From positions 90,383-154,382 of the forward strand of contig SVNC01000003.1 in assembly GCA_015067025.1 (NCBI GenBank): 64,000 bases of DNA. The letters are read 5' to 3'. The position numbers and the translations under genes are program-made. The DNA is from Oscillospiraceae bacterium. Lineage in GTDB: Bacteria > Bacillota > Clostridia > Oscillospirales > Ruminococcaceae. The notes below the pieces were generated by a model, which saw only the letters and a program-made list of their open reading frames with translations, had not been told where the DNA came from and made no database searches. The stretch's first letter is position 1. Each line of letters begins with the position of its first letter. Positions 36,817 through 46,002 of the stretch are shown piece after piece.

Positions 36817-38073
36817 TTAATTGTGCAGATCATAATAGGTTTTTGAAATACAGCTCATACTGATCTCACGGAAACTGGTTATCGCTTTTTCCGTTTTGTC
36901 ATAAATATACGAGCAATCAAGTATCGGTGAAGTGCCGACGTTATTATAAAAACAGATATAACCGGTTCTTTCATCATCAAGAGTATAAATATATCTTGTT
37001 ATATCCTCATTAGGATGATTGAACTCATCAGAGTCACCCACATTAAGCTCCTCGATCTCGTCAGGGTCGCCCACATAATCAAGGACATCCTGTTTTGTAT
37101 TAGTTTCAGAAAGCTCGAGGAATTGAAGTTTGTCTTCAAAATGCATCTGTGCTAATTCAGTTCTTGTATAATCGGATTTGGAATTCTGAACACAATACCC
37201 CTCGTCATGCCTGCAATTTGTAGGATGAAGCAAACATTCTCCATCTCCCGACAATTTATCTGTGAGGTATATTCTATACAAAACAAACCCGTTTGAACTA
37301 TATGTAAAATCCACATATAAAGCATAGTAGTCATCGGGGTAATAAGTCTGCGATGAGGAAGTGCCGCCACCACCTTCATATCTTGGATTTCCAAGTATAT
37401 CTTTAACCTCTTCCGGATTCATTCCATGCTTTAATTCGCTGCATATTTCTATATACTCGCTGACCTTGTCATAGCGGTAAAAATCGTGCGTGCAATAATC
37501 ATCCTCGTGATTACATACTCTTCTGTGAAGAATGAATTCCGCCTCATCATCCATTTTGTTTGCTAAGGTACTGCTTATATACGTGTAGTCAATACGAGGA
37601 TTATCGCCGTATAAGAACTGCACTACGGCAAGTCTTTCGTTATCCAATTTGTAGGAAAGATATTTTACATACTCCCCTCCCATTTTGTAAGGTATGCCAA
37701 GCGTTTTTAAAACTTCATTATAACGCATATCCTGATCTAATGCTCTGAATTTATCTTCTATAGTCGGAACAATTTCAGAATCTGAGGATATGTCGGACTC
37801 ATAATCGCTTTCCGCTCCACTAATACCCGACGTTGTGAACAGTTCGTTATTTGACACGATGACTCCTACAAATACGGACATTCCTATAACTGCAACTACT
37901 GCTGCCGCAAATAGGGGAAGTTTTGATTTTTTTCTGTTCTCAACCATAATAAGCTCACTATCATTTATTTCTTTATCTAACTGTTCCTCTATTTTTTCGG
38001 ATGCTTCATCGGTATACTCTTCGCTTATACCGTCCATAGCCTCATCCCACATCTTTTTATTGTTTTCGGTCAC
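36817..38073 (-). CDS. Bitopic membrane protein, candidate anti-sigma factor (cassette 2)
   Basis: The start was reassigned to GTG 38073 (VTENNKKMWDEAMDGISEEYTDEA), 7 nt after AGGAGG. The N-terminal ~60 aa are paralogous to the N-terminus of the 38785-40236 product. One TM segment follows, then three BamE/SmpA-like LG.P modules, with C.H...YC pairs preceding the second and third. Confidence 0.5.
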   Translation of the reverse strand: MTENNKKMWDEAMDGISEEYTDEASEKIEEQLDKEINDSELIMVENRKKSKLPLFAAAVVAVIGMSVFVGVIVSNNELFTTSGISGAESDYESDISSDSEIVPTIEDKFRALDQDMRYNEVLKTLGIPYKMGGEYVKYLSYKLDNERLAVVQFLYGDNPRIDYTYISSTLANKMDDEAEFILHRRVCNHEDDYCTHDFYRYDKVSEYIEICSELKHGMNPEEVKDILGNPRYEGGGGTSSSQTYYPDDYYALYVDFTYSSNGFVLYRIYLTDKLSGDGECLLHPTNCRHDEGYCVQNSKSDYTRTELAQMHFEDKLQFLELSETNTKQDVLDYVGDPDEIEELNVGDSDEFNHPNEDITRYIYTLDDERTGYICFYNNVGTSPILDCSYIYDKTEKAITSFREISMSCISKTYYDLHN

Positions 38074-38084
38074 TATAATCCCTC

Positions 38085-38630
38085 CTAAAGAGTTATTCCC
38101 TTTTCCCGTAAAAAGCTTTTCAGATTTTCTCTCATTCTGAAAAGCGAGGAGCATACTCCCTGCTCACTCATACCAAAACAGTCACTAAGACTTTTTATCG
38201 ACATATTATAATAATACCTAAGCACAAAAAGCTGGCGATTACGCTTTTTCTGCGTGCTTAAAAAGCTATTTATAAATGCTGCAAGCTCCTTGCCTTCAAC
38301 CGCCGACTGAGGTGTTTCAGTATCAGTCATCATTGTTTCAAGCTCTTCATATATATCCTCAGCTCTGTGGCGATTAAGCTTTGTAAGAAGAGTAAGTGCG
38401 GTATTTCTCGCTATGCGACAGATAAAAGAGCGTAAAGATTTAGGGACTGTGGGAGGTATTGCGTTCCAGGTTTTTAAATATGTAGTGTTTACACATTCCT
38501 CACTGTCGGGAAAGCTGTTAAGTATTTCAAAAGCAATCTTATTAAGAAGTAGTCCGTATTTTGTTTCGGTTTCCTTTATGGCGTTTTCGTTTCTTTCATT
38601 ATATAACGCTATTATTTTGTTGTCATCCAT
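38085..38630 (-). CDS. Sigma-70 family (ECF-like) RNA polymerase sigma factor, cassette 2
   Basis: The start is probably ATG 38630 (MDDNKIIALYNERN), by homology with the paralog at 40793. It has a region 2-like segment (ECVNTTYLKTWNAIPP) and a region 4 HTH (LFVLRYYYNMSIKSLSDCFGMSEQGVCSSLFRMRENL). Confidence 0.8.
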   Translation of the reverse strand: MDDNKIIALYNERNENAIKETETKYGLLLNKIAFEILNSFPDSEECVNTTYLKTWNAIPPTVPKSLRSFICRIARNTALTLLTKLNRHRAEDIYEELETMMTDTETPQSAVEGKELAAFINSFLSTQKKRNRQLFVLRYYYNMSIKSLSDCFGMSEQGVCSSLFRMRENLKSFLREKGITL

Positions 38631-38709
38631 AAATATCTTTTTCACTCCCTTCATTATATATGACTATTTTTTTCGGCTTACATTTCGTTTTTTATAATAA
38701 TATAAAAAA

Positions 38710-38738
38710 ATTATACTATATTTTTGTAATTCGTGCAA
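38710..38738 (-). promoter_or_regulatory. SigA-type promoter of sigma cassette 2 (conserved with cassette 1)
   Basis: On the minus strand: TTGCAC (38738-38733), a 17-nt spacer, then TATAAT (38715-38710). It lies within a 36-nt block that matches 40865-40900 except for 1 nt. Confidence 0.6.
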
Positions 38739-38751
38739 CTGAAAAGCTAAT

Positions 38752-38777
38752 GGGCTGACCTTATAAAAGGTCAGCCC
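38752..38777 (-). terminator. Terminator separating cassette 1 from cassette 2
   Basis: GGGCTGACC-TTATAAAA-GGTCAGCCC, just downstream of the stop at 38785. Confidence 0.6.
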
Positions 38778-38784
38778 ACAATTT

Positions 38785-40236
38785 TTATTCTATTATTTCA
38801 AATCTCAGATCGTGTTCTTTAGCATACTGGTGAGCAACAGAGTTTTCTCTGCATAGGAAAATTATACCGTTGCAATATTCAAAAGCTTTATCGGATATGG
38901 TGATATCCGACATTCCTTCCGGAAATTCTATATACAGATCCCACTCTACCTTTCTGAAGGCGTACATATCTATATTTATAAGCGATTCAGGTAATATAAT
39001 CTTTTTAAGATATCCGTTACCCTCGAAAACTACATAGCCTCCCACCTTAAGACTTCCCTTTGTAGCCAGTTTTCCTATGGCTTTAACGCCATCCGGTATT
39101 TTGAATTCTTCATCCTTCTTTCCCTCAGGATATGCTATAAGTCTGTTATCTCCCTTGGTGTATAAAACGCCATCCTCACTGTAAAGCTCACGGTTGTCAG
39201 GATCGACCTCTATCGCTTCAAGATATAAGCAACCTAAAAACGGGCTGTAACCATCATTATAGGAATAATTTACACCAAAGCTCTCTGCCTTTACCTTTTT
39301 AGGCAGATAAATTCTTTCTAACTCTTCGTTATGAGCAAATGCCCATCTGTCTATAGCTGTGACAGATTCGGGGAGGGTTATTTCTTTAAAGCCGCAGCTG
39401 TTAAACGCACTTAAGCCTATTATCTCGAGTCCATCAGGCAACACCACCTTTTCGAGGTCCTTACAGCCGTAGAAGGTATAATCTTCTATCTTCTCAATAT
39501 CCTCAGGTATTTTCACTTCAACAAGCGACTCGCAATTATAAAAAACTGACGATCCTATCTCACGGAGAGTATCAGGCATATCTATTTTTTCAAGTCTTTT
39601 GCAATTATAGAAAGCTTTGCTTCTTATCGCTGTTACCCCTGACGGAATAACAACTTCTTCTATTTCCTTTTCGTTGAAGGCTTTTTCAGCAATTTCAGTT
39701 ACAGGCTTACCATCGATCTCGCCCGGAATAACAATAATCTTTTCCTTGCCGCTATACCCTGTTATCGCTACGGTATCATTATCAAGATAACGGTAAGTGA
39801 AACTGTCTATACCCACCTGTGATGAATTGTTACTGCTTGTAGTTTCCGATGGAGTACTGCTATTCGTGATTTCCGATGAATTACCGCTGCTTGTAGCTTC
39901 TGATGAATTAACGTCATTTGTAACATGTGAAGAGGTATCATCCTTATCACTGCTATCGTCAATACTGCTTACTTCCGAACTTCCATAAGGGTTTAAAAAG
40001 ACGGAGTTAGTTATCACAATAGTCGTAAGCGTCGCTACTCCAATAACCGCAGCTACTGCCGCCGCTATTGCAAACACCGGAGTTTTGCGTTTTTCTTTTC
40101 TTTCATATATGATAAGCTCACTGTCATTTATATCATCGCTTATCATATCTTCGACTTTATCGGCAGCCTCATCCGTATATTCTTCTTTTATGCCGCCAAG
40201 GGCTCTGTCCCATAATTTTTTATTATTTTCAGTCAT
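38785..40236 (-). CDS. Bitopic membrane protein: anti-sigma-like N-terminus fused to an extracellular Ser/Thr-rich linker and BspA-type LRR domain (cassette 1)
   Basis: 483 aa. The N-terminus is MTENNKKLWDRALGGIKEEYTDEA, followed by a TM segment (VFAIAAAVAAVIGVATLTTIV), an S/T-rich linker and LRR repeats. The C-terminal ~130 aa are paralogous to the C-terminus of the 34891-36765 product. Confidence 0.6.
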   Translation of the reverse strand: MTENNKKLWDRALGGIKEEYTDEAADKVEDMISDDINDSELIIYERKEKRKTPVFAIAAAVAAVIGVATLTTIVITNSVFLNPYGSSEVSSIDDSSDKDDTSSHVTNDVNSSEATSSGNSSEITNSSTPSETTSSNNSSQVGIDSFTYRYLDNDTVAITGYSGKEKIIVIPGEIDGKPVTEIAEKAFNEKEIEEVVIPSGVTAIRSKAFYNCKRLEKIDMPDTLREIGSSVFYNCESLVEVKIPEDIEKIEDYTFYGCKDLEKVVLPDGLEIIGLSAFNSCGFKEITLPESVTAIDRWAFAHNEELERIYLPKKVKAESFGVNYSYNDGYSPFLGCLYLEAIEVDPDNRELYSEDGVLYTKGDNRLIAYPEGKKDEEFKIPDGVKAIGKLATKGSLKVGGYVVFEGNGYLKKIILPESLINIDMYAFRKVEWDLYIEFPEGMSDITISDKAFEYCNGIIFLCRENSVAHQYAKEHDLRFEIIE

Positions 40237-40238
40237 AA

Positions 40239-40793
40239 TTATCTCTCCTGTAACGAAATACCATTATCAATCAAATATGTGCGGAGATTTTCTCTCATCC
40301 TCATAAGTTGCGAGCATACCGCCTGCTCATTCATCTGAAAGCCTTCTGCTAAAGTCTTTATAGACATATTGTAATAATACCTGAGCACAAAAAGCTGACG
40401 GTTCCGCTTTTTCTGAGTGGCAAGGAAGTCGTTTATAAGTATTGTGAGTTGATTTGCTTCAACCACAACTTCAGGTGTGTTGTTATCCCCAAGCACATCG
40501 TCAAGCTCGTAGTATATATCTTCTTTTCTGTGCCGATTAAGCTGTACAACAAGCGTCAAAGCGGTATTTCTCACTATACGACAGATAAATGATCGCAAAG
40601 ACGCAGGAGCTGTTGGAGGTATTGCATTCCAGGTCTTTAAGTATGTAGTGTTGACGCATTCCTCACTATCAGGAAAGCTGTTAAGAATTTCAAAAGCAAT
40701 TTTGTTAAGAAGTCGCCCATATTTTGTTTCAGTTTCCCTTATCGCTTTTTGATTTCTTTCGTTGTAAAGTGCTATGATTTCGATATCATCCAT
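40239..40793 (-). CDS. Sigma-70 family (ECF-like) RNA polymerase sigma factor, cassette 1
   Basis: 184 aa and clearly paralogous to the 38085-38630 product along its full length by eye. The RBS AAAGGAG lies 8 nt upstream of the start. Confidence 0.8.
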   Translation of the reverse strand: MDDIEIIALYNERNQKAIRETETKYGRLLNKIAFEILNSFPDSEECVNTTYLKTWNAIPPTAPASLRSFICRIVRNTALTLVVQLNRHRKEDIYYELDDVLGDNNTPEVVVEANQLTILINDFLATQKKRNRQLFVLRYYYNMSIKTLAEGFQMNEQAVCSQLMRMRENLRTYLIDNGISLQER

Positions 40794-40870
40794 AACATTT
40801 TCACTCCTTTCGATATATAAGACTGATAATTTTACATTACATTCCGAAAAATTTTAAATATTTTAAAAAA

Positions 40871-40899
40871 ATTATACTATATTTTTGTAATTTGTGCAA
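40871..40899 (-). promoter_or_regulatory. SigA-type promoter of sigma cassette 1
   Basis: On the minus strand: TTGCAC (40899-40894), a 17-nt spacer, then TATAAT (40876-40871). Confidence 0.6.
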
Positions 40900-40954
40900 C
40901 CAAGGGGTGAATTGTTGTTTGGCGGGTTGCACCCGCGGGCAATTCACCAAATTA

Positions 40955-40985
40955 CAAAAACTCCCCGTGATAAATCACGGGGAGT
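40955..40985 (-). terminator. Rho-independent terminator of the pot operon
   Basis: Minus strand reads ACTCCCCGTGA-TTTA-TCACGGGGAGT followed by TTTTTGTAATTT. Confidence 0.8.
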
Positions 40986-40989
40986 AAAA

Positions 40990-42267
40990 TTAAAATATAT
41001 CCTTTTTCGCTTTTATGTGTCTTCTTATAAGCACGAACACTATAAGTCCGAGACAGCCTATAAGGAACACGGGGACAAGCCATTTGTTCGTAGTCTCATC
41101 CTCTGCGGATTTCATTTCCGTCCATAAATCCTGCATAAGACGGTTCGTTTCGTCAGAAAGATTTACGAAAACTGTGGTGTTTTCTGCAATGAAGTCCTCA
41201 TCAGGATAGGTTATGGGGCTTTCCTTTACTTCATCGTCAAGCATCTCAAAAGCCGCACTGTGAGGAGTTGAGTAGCAGATATACTCGATATTTGAGTATG
41301 CTATATCCGGCTCGCACATAAAGTTTATATACATCTCAGCGGCTTCCTTCTGCTTTGAGCTTGTGGGAATGCACATAGCGTCAACGAAAAGGTTTGTACC
41401 GCTTTTAGGAACGACGAAATTGAGAGCGTCGTTCTCATCCATAATAGTCAGAGCATCACCTGCGTAATATGGAGCGATAAGCGCATCGCCTGCACCCATC
41501 TTATCGAAAATTTCGTCCATTACGTAACCCTGAACCACACGCTTTTGCTGTTTCAACTTTTCTGCGGCAGCAATAAGCTCATCGGGGTTTTCTGAGTTTA
41601 TTGAATAACCCAACATAATTTCCGATATAGCAAATGCGTCACGAGGGTTATCAAACATCAGTATCTGACCCATATAGGTTTCATCCCAAAGGATATCCCA
41701 GTCGATTTCTTCAGGGTCTAAATCTATAACTGTTTCGTCGTAGATGATACCAACAGTACCCCAGGTAAAGGGTACGGAATATTCATTTTCAGGGTCATAG
41801 GACATATTGCGGAAATTATCCATAATATATTTGTAGTTCGGGATATTATCAAGGTTTATCTTCTGAATAAGATCTTCCTTTATCATCTTGCTTATCATAT
41901 AATCAGAGGGGATGATAACGTCGTAGGAAGCTCCGCCACCCTTAAGCTTTGCATAAAGCTCTTCATTTGTGGCAAAGTTTGTATAATTTACCTTTATACC
42001 TGTCAGCTTTTCAAATTCTGCATTTACGTCAAGAGTTCCCTCCTCTGCACCTGCAGAAATATATTCGCCCCAGTTGTAGACGTTTATGGAAATGCCTTTA
42101 TCTTTAAATCTGGTATAATAAGCCTCGTCCTCAATGGTAAGCGTCTGCTGATATACCTCTTCTTCCTCTTCTTCGCCTTCGTCAGATGCCTTTTCAGCAC
42201 ATCCGCTGAATAAGCCTACTGTCATTATCGCTACAGCTATAAGGGAAAGAAATCTTCTTTTCTTCAT
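40990..42267 (-). CDS. potD: Spermidine/putrescine ABC transporter substrate-binding lipoprotein PotD, with an extra C-terminal TM segment
   Basis: 425 aa with lipobox LFSGC and a PotD-like body. The C-terminal WLVPVFLIGCLGLIVFVLI followed by RRHIKAKK looks like a membrane anchor. Confidence 0.8.
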   Translation of the reverse strand: MKKRRFLSLIAVAIMTVGLFSGCAEKASDEGEEEEEEVYQQTLTIEDEAYYTRFKDKGISINVYNWGEYISAGAEEGTLDVNAEFEKLTGIKVNYTNFATNEELYAKLKGGGASYDVIIPSDYMISKMIKEDLIQKINLDNIPNYKYIMDNFRNMSYDPENEYSVPFTWGTVGIIYDETVIDLDPEEIDWDILWDETYMGQILMFDNPRDAFAISEIMLGYSINSENPDELIAAAEKLKQQKRVVQGYVMDEIFDKMGAGDALIAPYYAGDALTIMDENDALNFVVPKSGTNLFVDAMCIPTSSKQKEAAEMYINFMCEPDIAYSNIEYICYSTPHSAAFEMLDDEVKESPITYPDEDFIAENTTVFVNLSDETNRLMQDLWTEMKSAEDETTNKWLVPVFLIGCLGLIVFVLIRRHIKAKKDIF

Positions 42268-43073
42268 GCTCTTCCCCCTTTATATACTGCATTTTTCTTT
42301 GCCTGACGATTTTCAACGATATTCTTTACAATAAGAATTACAACGACCACCACGAATATAAGTGTTGACAGAGCATTGATTTCGGGAGATATCTTTCTTC
42401 TTGTCATTGAGTATATCGTGATAGGCAACGTCTGTGAAGTTGCTCCGCAAGTAAAATAGCTTATTACGAAATCATCAAGAGAATAGGTAAACGCCATTAA
42501 AAAGCCGCTTATGACACCCGGCATAATTTCAGGGAGTATTACCTTTCTGAAAGCGGTAAAGGGGCTACAACCCAGATCCTGTGCGGCTTCAAAAAGATGG
42601 GGGTCCATCTGCTTGAATTTCGGCATTATGTTAAGGATAACGTAAGGCACGTCAAAGGTTATATGTGCTATAACAAGGGTTACAAAGCCGAATTCCATAT
42701 TCATTCTTGCGGCGAAGAATACGAATAAAAGCATTAAGGAAACACCCGTTACGATTTCGGGGTTTATTACGGGGATATTCGTTACGTTCATAACGATGCT
42801 TTTCGGCACTTTTCTCATACTGTTGATACCGATTGCCGCTAAAGTACCTAAAATGGTAGATACTATACTTGCTATCACCGCTATAATAAGTGTATTTACA
42901 AGCGATGACATTATTATACTGTTATTGAATAATCTTTCATACCATTCAAAAGTAAATCCGCTGAAAACTGAACGGCTCTTTGACTCGTTGAAAGAGAATA
43001 CGATAAGCACGAAGATGGGCACATATAAGAAGAAGATTATCAGTGCCATATAGATTTTACCAAGTCTTTTCAT
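42264..43073 (-). CDS. potC: Spermidine/putrescine ABC transporter permease PotC
   Basis: 269 aa with 6 TM segments and an EAA-like loop (EAAQDLGCSPFTAFRKVILP). Confidence 0.85.
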   Translation of the reverse strand: MKRLGKIYMALIIFFLYVPIFVLIVFSFNESKSRSVFSGFTFEWYERLFNNSIIMSSLVNTLIIAVIASIVSTILGTLAAIGINSMRKVPKSIVMNVTNIPVINPEIVTGVSLMLLFVFFAARMNMEFGFVTLVIAHITFDVPYVILNIMPKFKQMDPHLFEAAQDLGCSPFTAFRKVILPEIMPGVISGFLMAFTYSLDDFVISYFTCGATSQTLPITIYSMTRRKISPEINALSTLIFVVVVVILIVKNIVENRQAKKNAVYKGGRA

Positions 43074-43085
43074 ATATGCACCTCC

Positions 43086-43895
43086 TTATATAAGCACCTG
43101 ATCGTCAGGGCTGAACTGATTCATAACCGTCATAATGGCAAGTATTATCACCATCAGTACGAGAGCTATCGCCGCACCTAAATGCGGGTCATAGGCATTA
43201 CCTAAGAACTGCATTTCGATAAGGTCACCGATAAGCAGGTTAGAGCCGCCGCCTAACATTCGGGATATGATAAAGGTTGAAATTGCAGGCACGAATACCA
43301 TTGTTATACCTGACACGATACCGGGAAGACTTAAGGGGACTATTACCCTGAACATTACCTTTACAGGATTACAGCCTAAATCTCTTGCTGCTTCAATTAC
43401 ACTCTTATCTATCTTCTGCATTACAGAATAAAGAGGTAATATCATAAAGGGCAGATAGTTATACACCATGCCGAGTACAACTGCACCTGAGGTATTTATA
43501 AGCTTGAAAGGTCCAAGTCCGATAAGACCGAGCAGATAATTTATAATGCCGTTGTTGCCAAGTAATGTCATCCACGCATAAGTACGCAGAAGGAAGTTCA
43601 TCCACATAGGGAGCATTACTATCATAAGCATTGTACCCTGCTTATGCTTTTCCATACGTGAAAGAAAAAAAGCAACCGGGTATGACAGTACTAAGCATAT
43701 TGCAGTAGCAATGAGCGCAAGCCAGATAGAATGTACGAAGATGTTTGCATACTGACCTACGTTTGATATATTATCGATAGTGAAATTACCGTCACTGGTG
43801 GTAAAAGCGAATACTGCTACCATTATGATAGGAACGACAATGAATATCACCATCCATACAAGATACGGAAGGGATAAAACTCTTAACTGCTTCAT
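43086..43895 (-). CDS. potB: Spermidine/putrescine ABC transporter permease PotB
   Basis: 269 aa with 6 TM segments and an EAA loop (EAARDLGCNPVKVMFRVIVP). Confidence 0.85.
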   Translation of the reverse strand: MKQLRVLSLPYLVWMVIFIVVPIIMVAVFAFTTSDGNFTIDNISNVGQYANIFVHSIWLALIATAICLVLSYPVAFFLSRMEKHKQGTMLMIVMLPMWMNFLLRTYAWMTLLGNNGIINYLLGLIGLGPFKLINTSGAVVLGMVYNYLPFMILPLYSVMQKIDKSVIEAARDLGCNPVKVMFRVIVPLSLPGIVSGITMVFVPAISTFIISRMLGGGSNLLIGDLIEMQFLGNAYDPHLGAAIALVLMVIILAIMTVMNQFSPDDQVLI

Positions 43896-44941
43896 TATTC
43901 TTCCTCCGTCTTCTTCATAATGTGAATATCAAAGGGATCGAAATCCATACCTATCATTGCACCTACAGGCTCAGCCTTGGTGGAATGGATTATCCACTTA
44001 TGATCAACACCGTCAACGGTCATTTCATAATGTACGCCCTTGAATACTACAGATTCAACGATACCTGTAAGCTTTGCCTTATCTGCAGGGATGACCTTGA
44101 CGTCTTCAGGTCTTATAACCACGTCAACTGTTTCGTTGGGGTCAAAGCCCTTGTCCACACACTTGAACTTTCTGCCCATAAACTCAACAACGCAGTCCTC
44201 GGGCATACAGCCGTTTACTATATTACTTTCTCCGATGAAGTCGGCAACGAAGGCATTTACAGGTTCATTGTAGATATCCGTAGGTGAACCTATCTGCTGG
44301 ATAAGTCCGTTATTCATAACAACGACGGTATCAGACATAGTAAGAGCCTCTTCCTGATCGTGTGTTACATATACGAAGGTAAGCTCTAATGCCTGCTGGA
44401 TCTTTCTCAGCTCTGTCTGCATTTCCTTTCTGAGCTTTAAGTCAAGTGCGCCTAAAGGCTCGTCAAGGAGCAGTACCTTGGGGTGATTTACAAGAGCACG
44501 GGCGATGGCGACTCTCTGCTGCTGACCGCCTGAAAGTCTGTTTACGCTACGCTTTTCAAAGCCCTTTAGGTTTACAAGCTCCAGCATTTCGCCGACTCTT
44601 TTTACAATTTCCTTTTCTGATGTCTTCTTTACACGAAGACCAAAGGCGATATTTTCATATACGTTAAGATGGGGGAAAAGTGCATAACGCTGAAATACGG
44701 TATTAACGTTTCTCTTATGGGGAGGAAGTCCGTTGATACGCTTGCCCTCAAAGAAAACATCACCGCTTGTCGGCTCTAAAAAGCCGCCTATGATTCTTAA
44801 AGTTGTGGTCTTACCACATCCTGACGGACCTAAAAAGGTTACGAATTCCTTATCCTTTATATCAAGGCTGATACTTTTTAAAATTCGTTCTCCGTCTTCA
44901 AACTCTACAACAAGGTCTTTAAGGCTGACAATGTTCTCCAT
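43895..44941 (-). CDS. potA: Spermidine/putrescine ABC transporter ATPase PotA
   Basis: 348 aa with [35 protein letters not shown] and a C-terminal TOBE-like domain. Confidence 0.9.
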   Translation of the reverse strand: MENIVSLKDLVVEFEDGERILKSISLDIKDKEFVTFLGPSGCGKTTTLRIIGGFLEPTSGDVFFEGKRINGLPPHKRNVNTVFQRYALFPHLNVYENIAFGLRVKKTSEKEIVKRVGEMLELVNLKGFEKRSVNRLSGGQQQRVAIARALVNHPKVLLLDEPLGALDLKLRKEMQTELRKIQQALELTFVYVTHDQEEALTMSDTVVVMNNGLIQQIGSPTDIYNEPVNAFVADFIGESNIVNGCMPEDCVVEFMGRKFKCVDKGFDPNETVDVVIRPEDVKVIPADKAKLTGIVESVVFKGVHYEMTVDGVDHKWIIHSTKAEPVGAMIGMDFDPFDIHIMKKTEEE

Positions 44942-45003
44942 CTTTTTTATTTCCTTTCGTCAAAAAAATTTACATTTCTGCAATGTAAATAAATACAGTT
45001 TTT

Positions 45004-45032
45004 ATTATAGAATAATGTGAGAAAAAAGTCAA
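45004..45032 (-). promoter_or_regulatory. SigA-type promoter of potABCD
   Basis: On the minus strand: TTGACT (45032-45027), a 17-nt spacer, then TATAAT (45009-45004). A palindrome TTTACATT-TCTGC-AATGTAAA (44968-44988) lies between the -10 box and the RBS. Confidence 0.6.
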
Positions 45033-45065
45033 TAAAAATCCGTATTTTGTCGAAAAAAACAGGGT

Positions 45066-45101
45066 AAAAAATTTCGGCGTAAAGCTTATATGCCTTACGC
45101 C
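45066..45101 (-). terminator. Terminator after yicC
   Basis: Minus strand reads GGCGTAAGGC-ATATAA-GCTTTACGCC followed by GAAATTTTTT. Confidence 0.6.
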
Positions 45102-45108
45102 GTTATTT

Positions 45109-45987
45109 TTATTCGATATTCTGTACCTGCTCACGCATTTTTTCAATCTCGCTCTTCATATCCACTACAAGTCTTGTAATGCGGATATCGTTAGCCTTTG
45201 AGCCTATGGTGTTGGTTTCACGATTTATCTCCTGAATAAGAAAATCAAGCTTTCTGCCCGTTTCCTTATCCCCCTCCAGCATCTGACGAAGCTGTGTCAT
45301 ATGGGAGTGAAGTCTTACGGTTTCTTCATCTACTGCAATTTTTTCCGAGAAGATTGCTGCTTCCATAAGTATTCTCTGCTCGTCTATGTTTGTAGCACCT
45401 AAAAGTTCTGACATCTTGTCATAGAGCTTCTTTCTATATATTTCAGTGCTTTCCGGAGAATATTTTTCAACTTCACATACCATATTTTCGATATTCTGAG
45501 CCTTTTCAAGAACGTCAGCCTTAAGAGCCGCACCTTCTTTTTCACGCATTTCTATAAACTTTTCTACAGCCTTGTTTACAACTGATGAAATATCAGCCCA
45601 TAAAGCTTCTTCATCGTCTTCTTCCTTGATAACTGTAAAAGCATCGGGAATACGGAAGATATCAGGCATGGAAAAATCCTCGTAAATACCTACGGTAGGT
45701 GCAAATTCTCTTACTGCATTTATGTAGCCTTCTACCACATTTCCGTTTACTCTTACTGTAGTGTCCTTTACGTCAATATTATAAACAGATAAGGAAAGCT
45801 CTATCTTACCTCTTGTCACTTTTTCCTTGACTAAGGTCTTGAGTCTTGGTTCAAGATAGCTGAAGCTTCTGTGAAGCTTTGAGCTGAATTCAAAAAACTT
45901 GTGGTTTACACTCTTGATTTCGGCAATTATCTCTCTGCCATTTATAACGGCCTGCTCTCTGCCGAAGCCTGTCATACTTCTTATCAT
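45109..45987 (-). CDS. yicC: YicC-family protein
   Basis: 292 aa. The N-terminal MIRSMTGFGR and the C-terminal EINRETNTIGSKAN are canonical YicC motifs. Confidence 0.9.
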   Translation of the reverse strand: MIRSMTGFGREQAVINGREIIAEIKSVNHKFFEFSSKLHRSFSYLEPRLKTLVKEKVTRGKIELSLSVYNIDVKDTTVRVNGNVVEGYINAVREFAPTVGIYEDFSMPDIFRIPDAFTVIKEEDDEEALWADISSVVNKAVEKFIEMREKEGAALKADVLEKAQNIENMVCEVEKYSPESTEIYRKKLYDKMSELLGATNIDEQRILMEAAIFSEKIAVDEETVRLHSHMTQLRQMLEGDKETGRKLDFLIQEINRETNTIGSKANDIRITRLVVDMKSEIEKMREQVQNIE

Positions 45988-46002
45988 TATTCTGTCCTCC
46001 GA

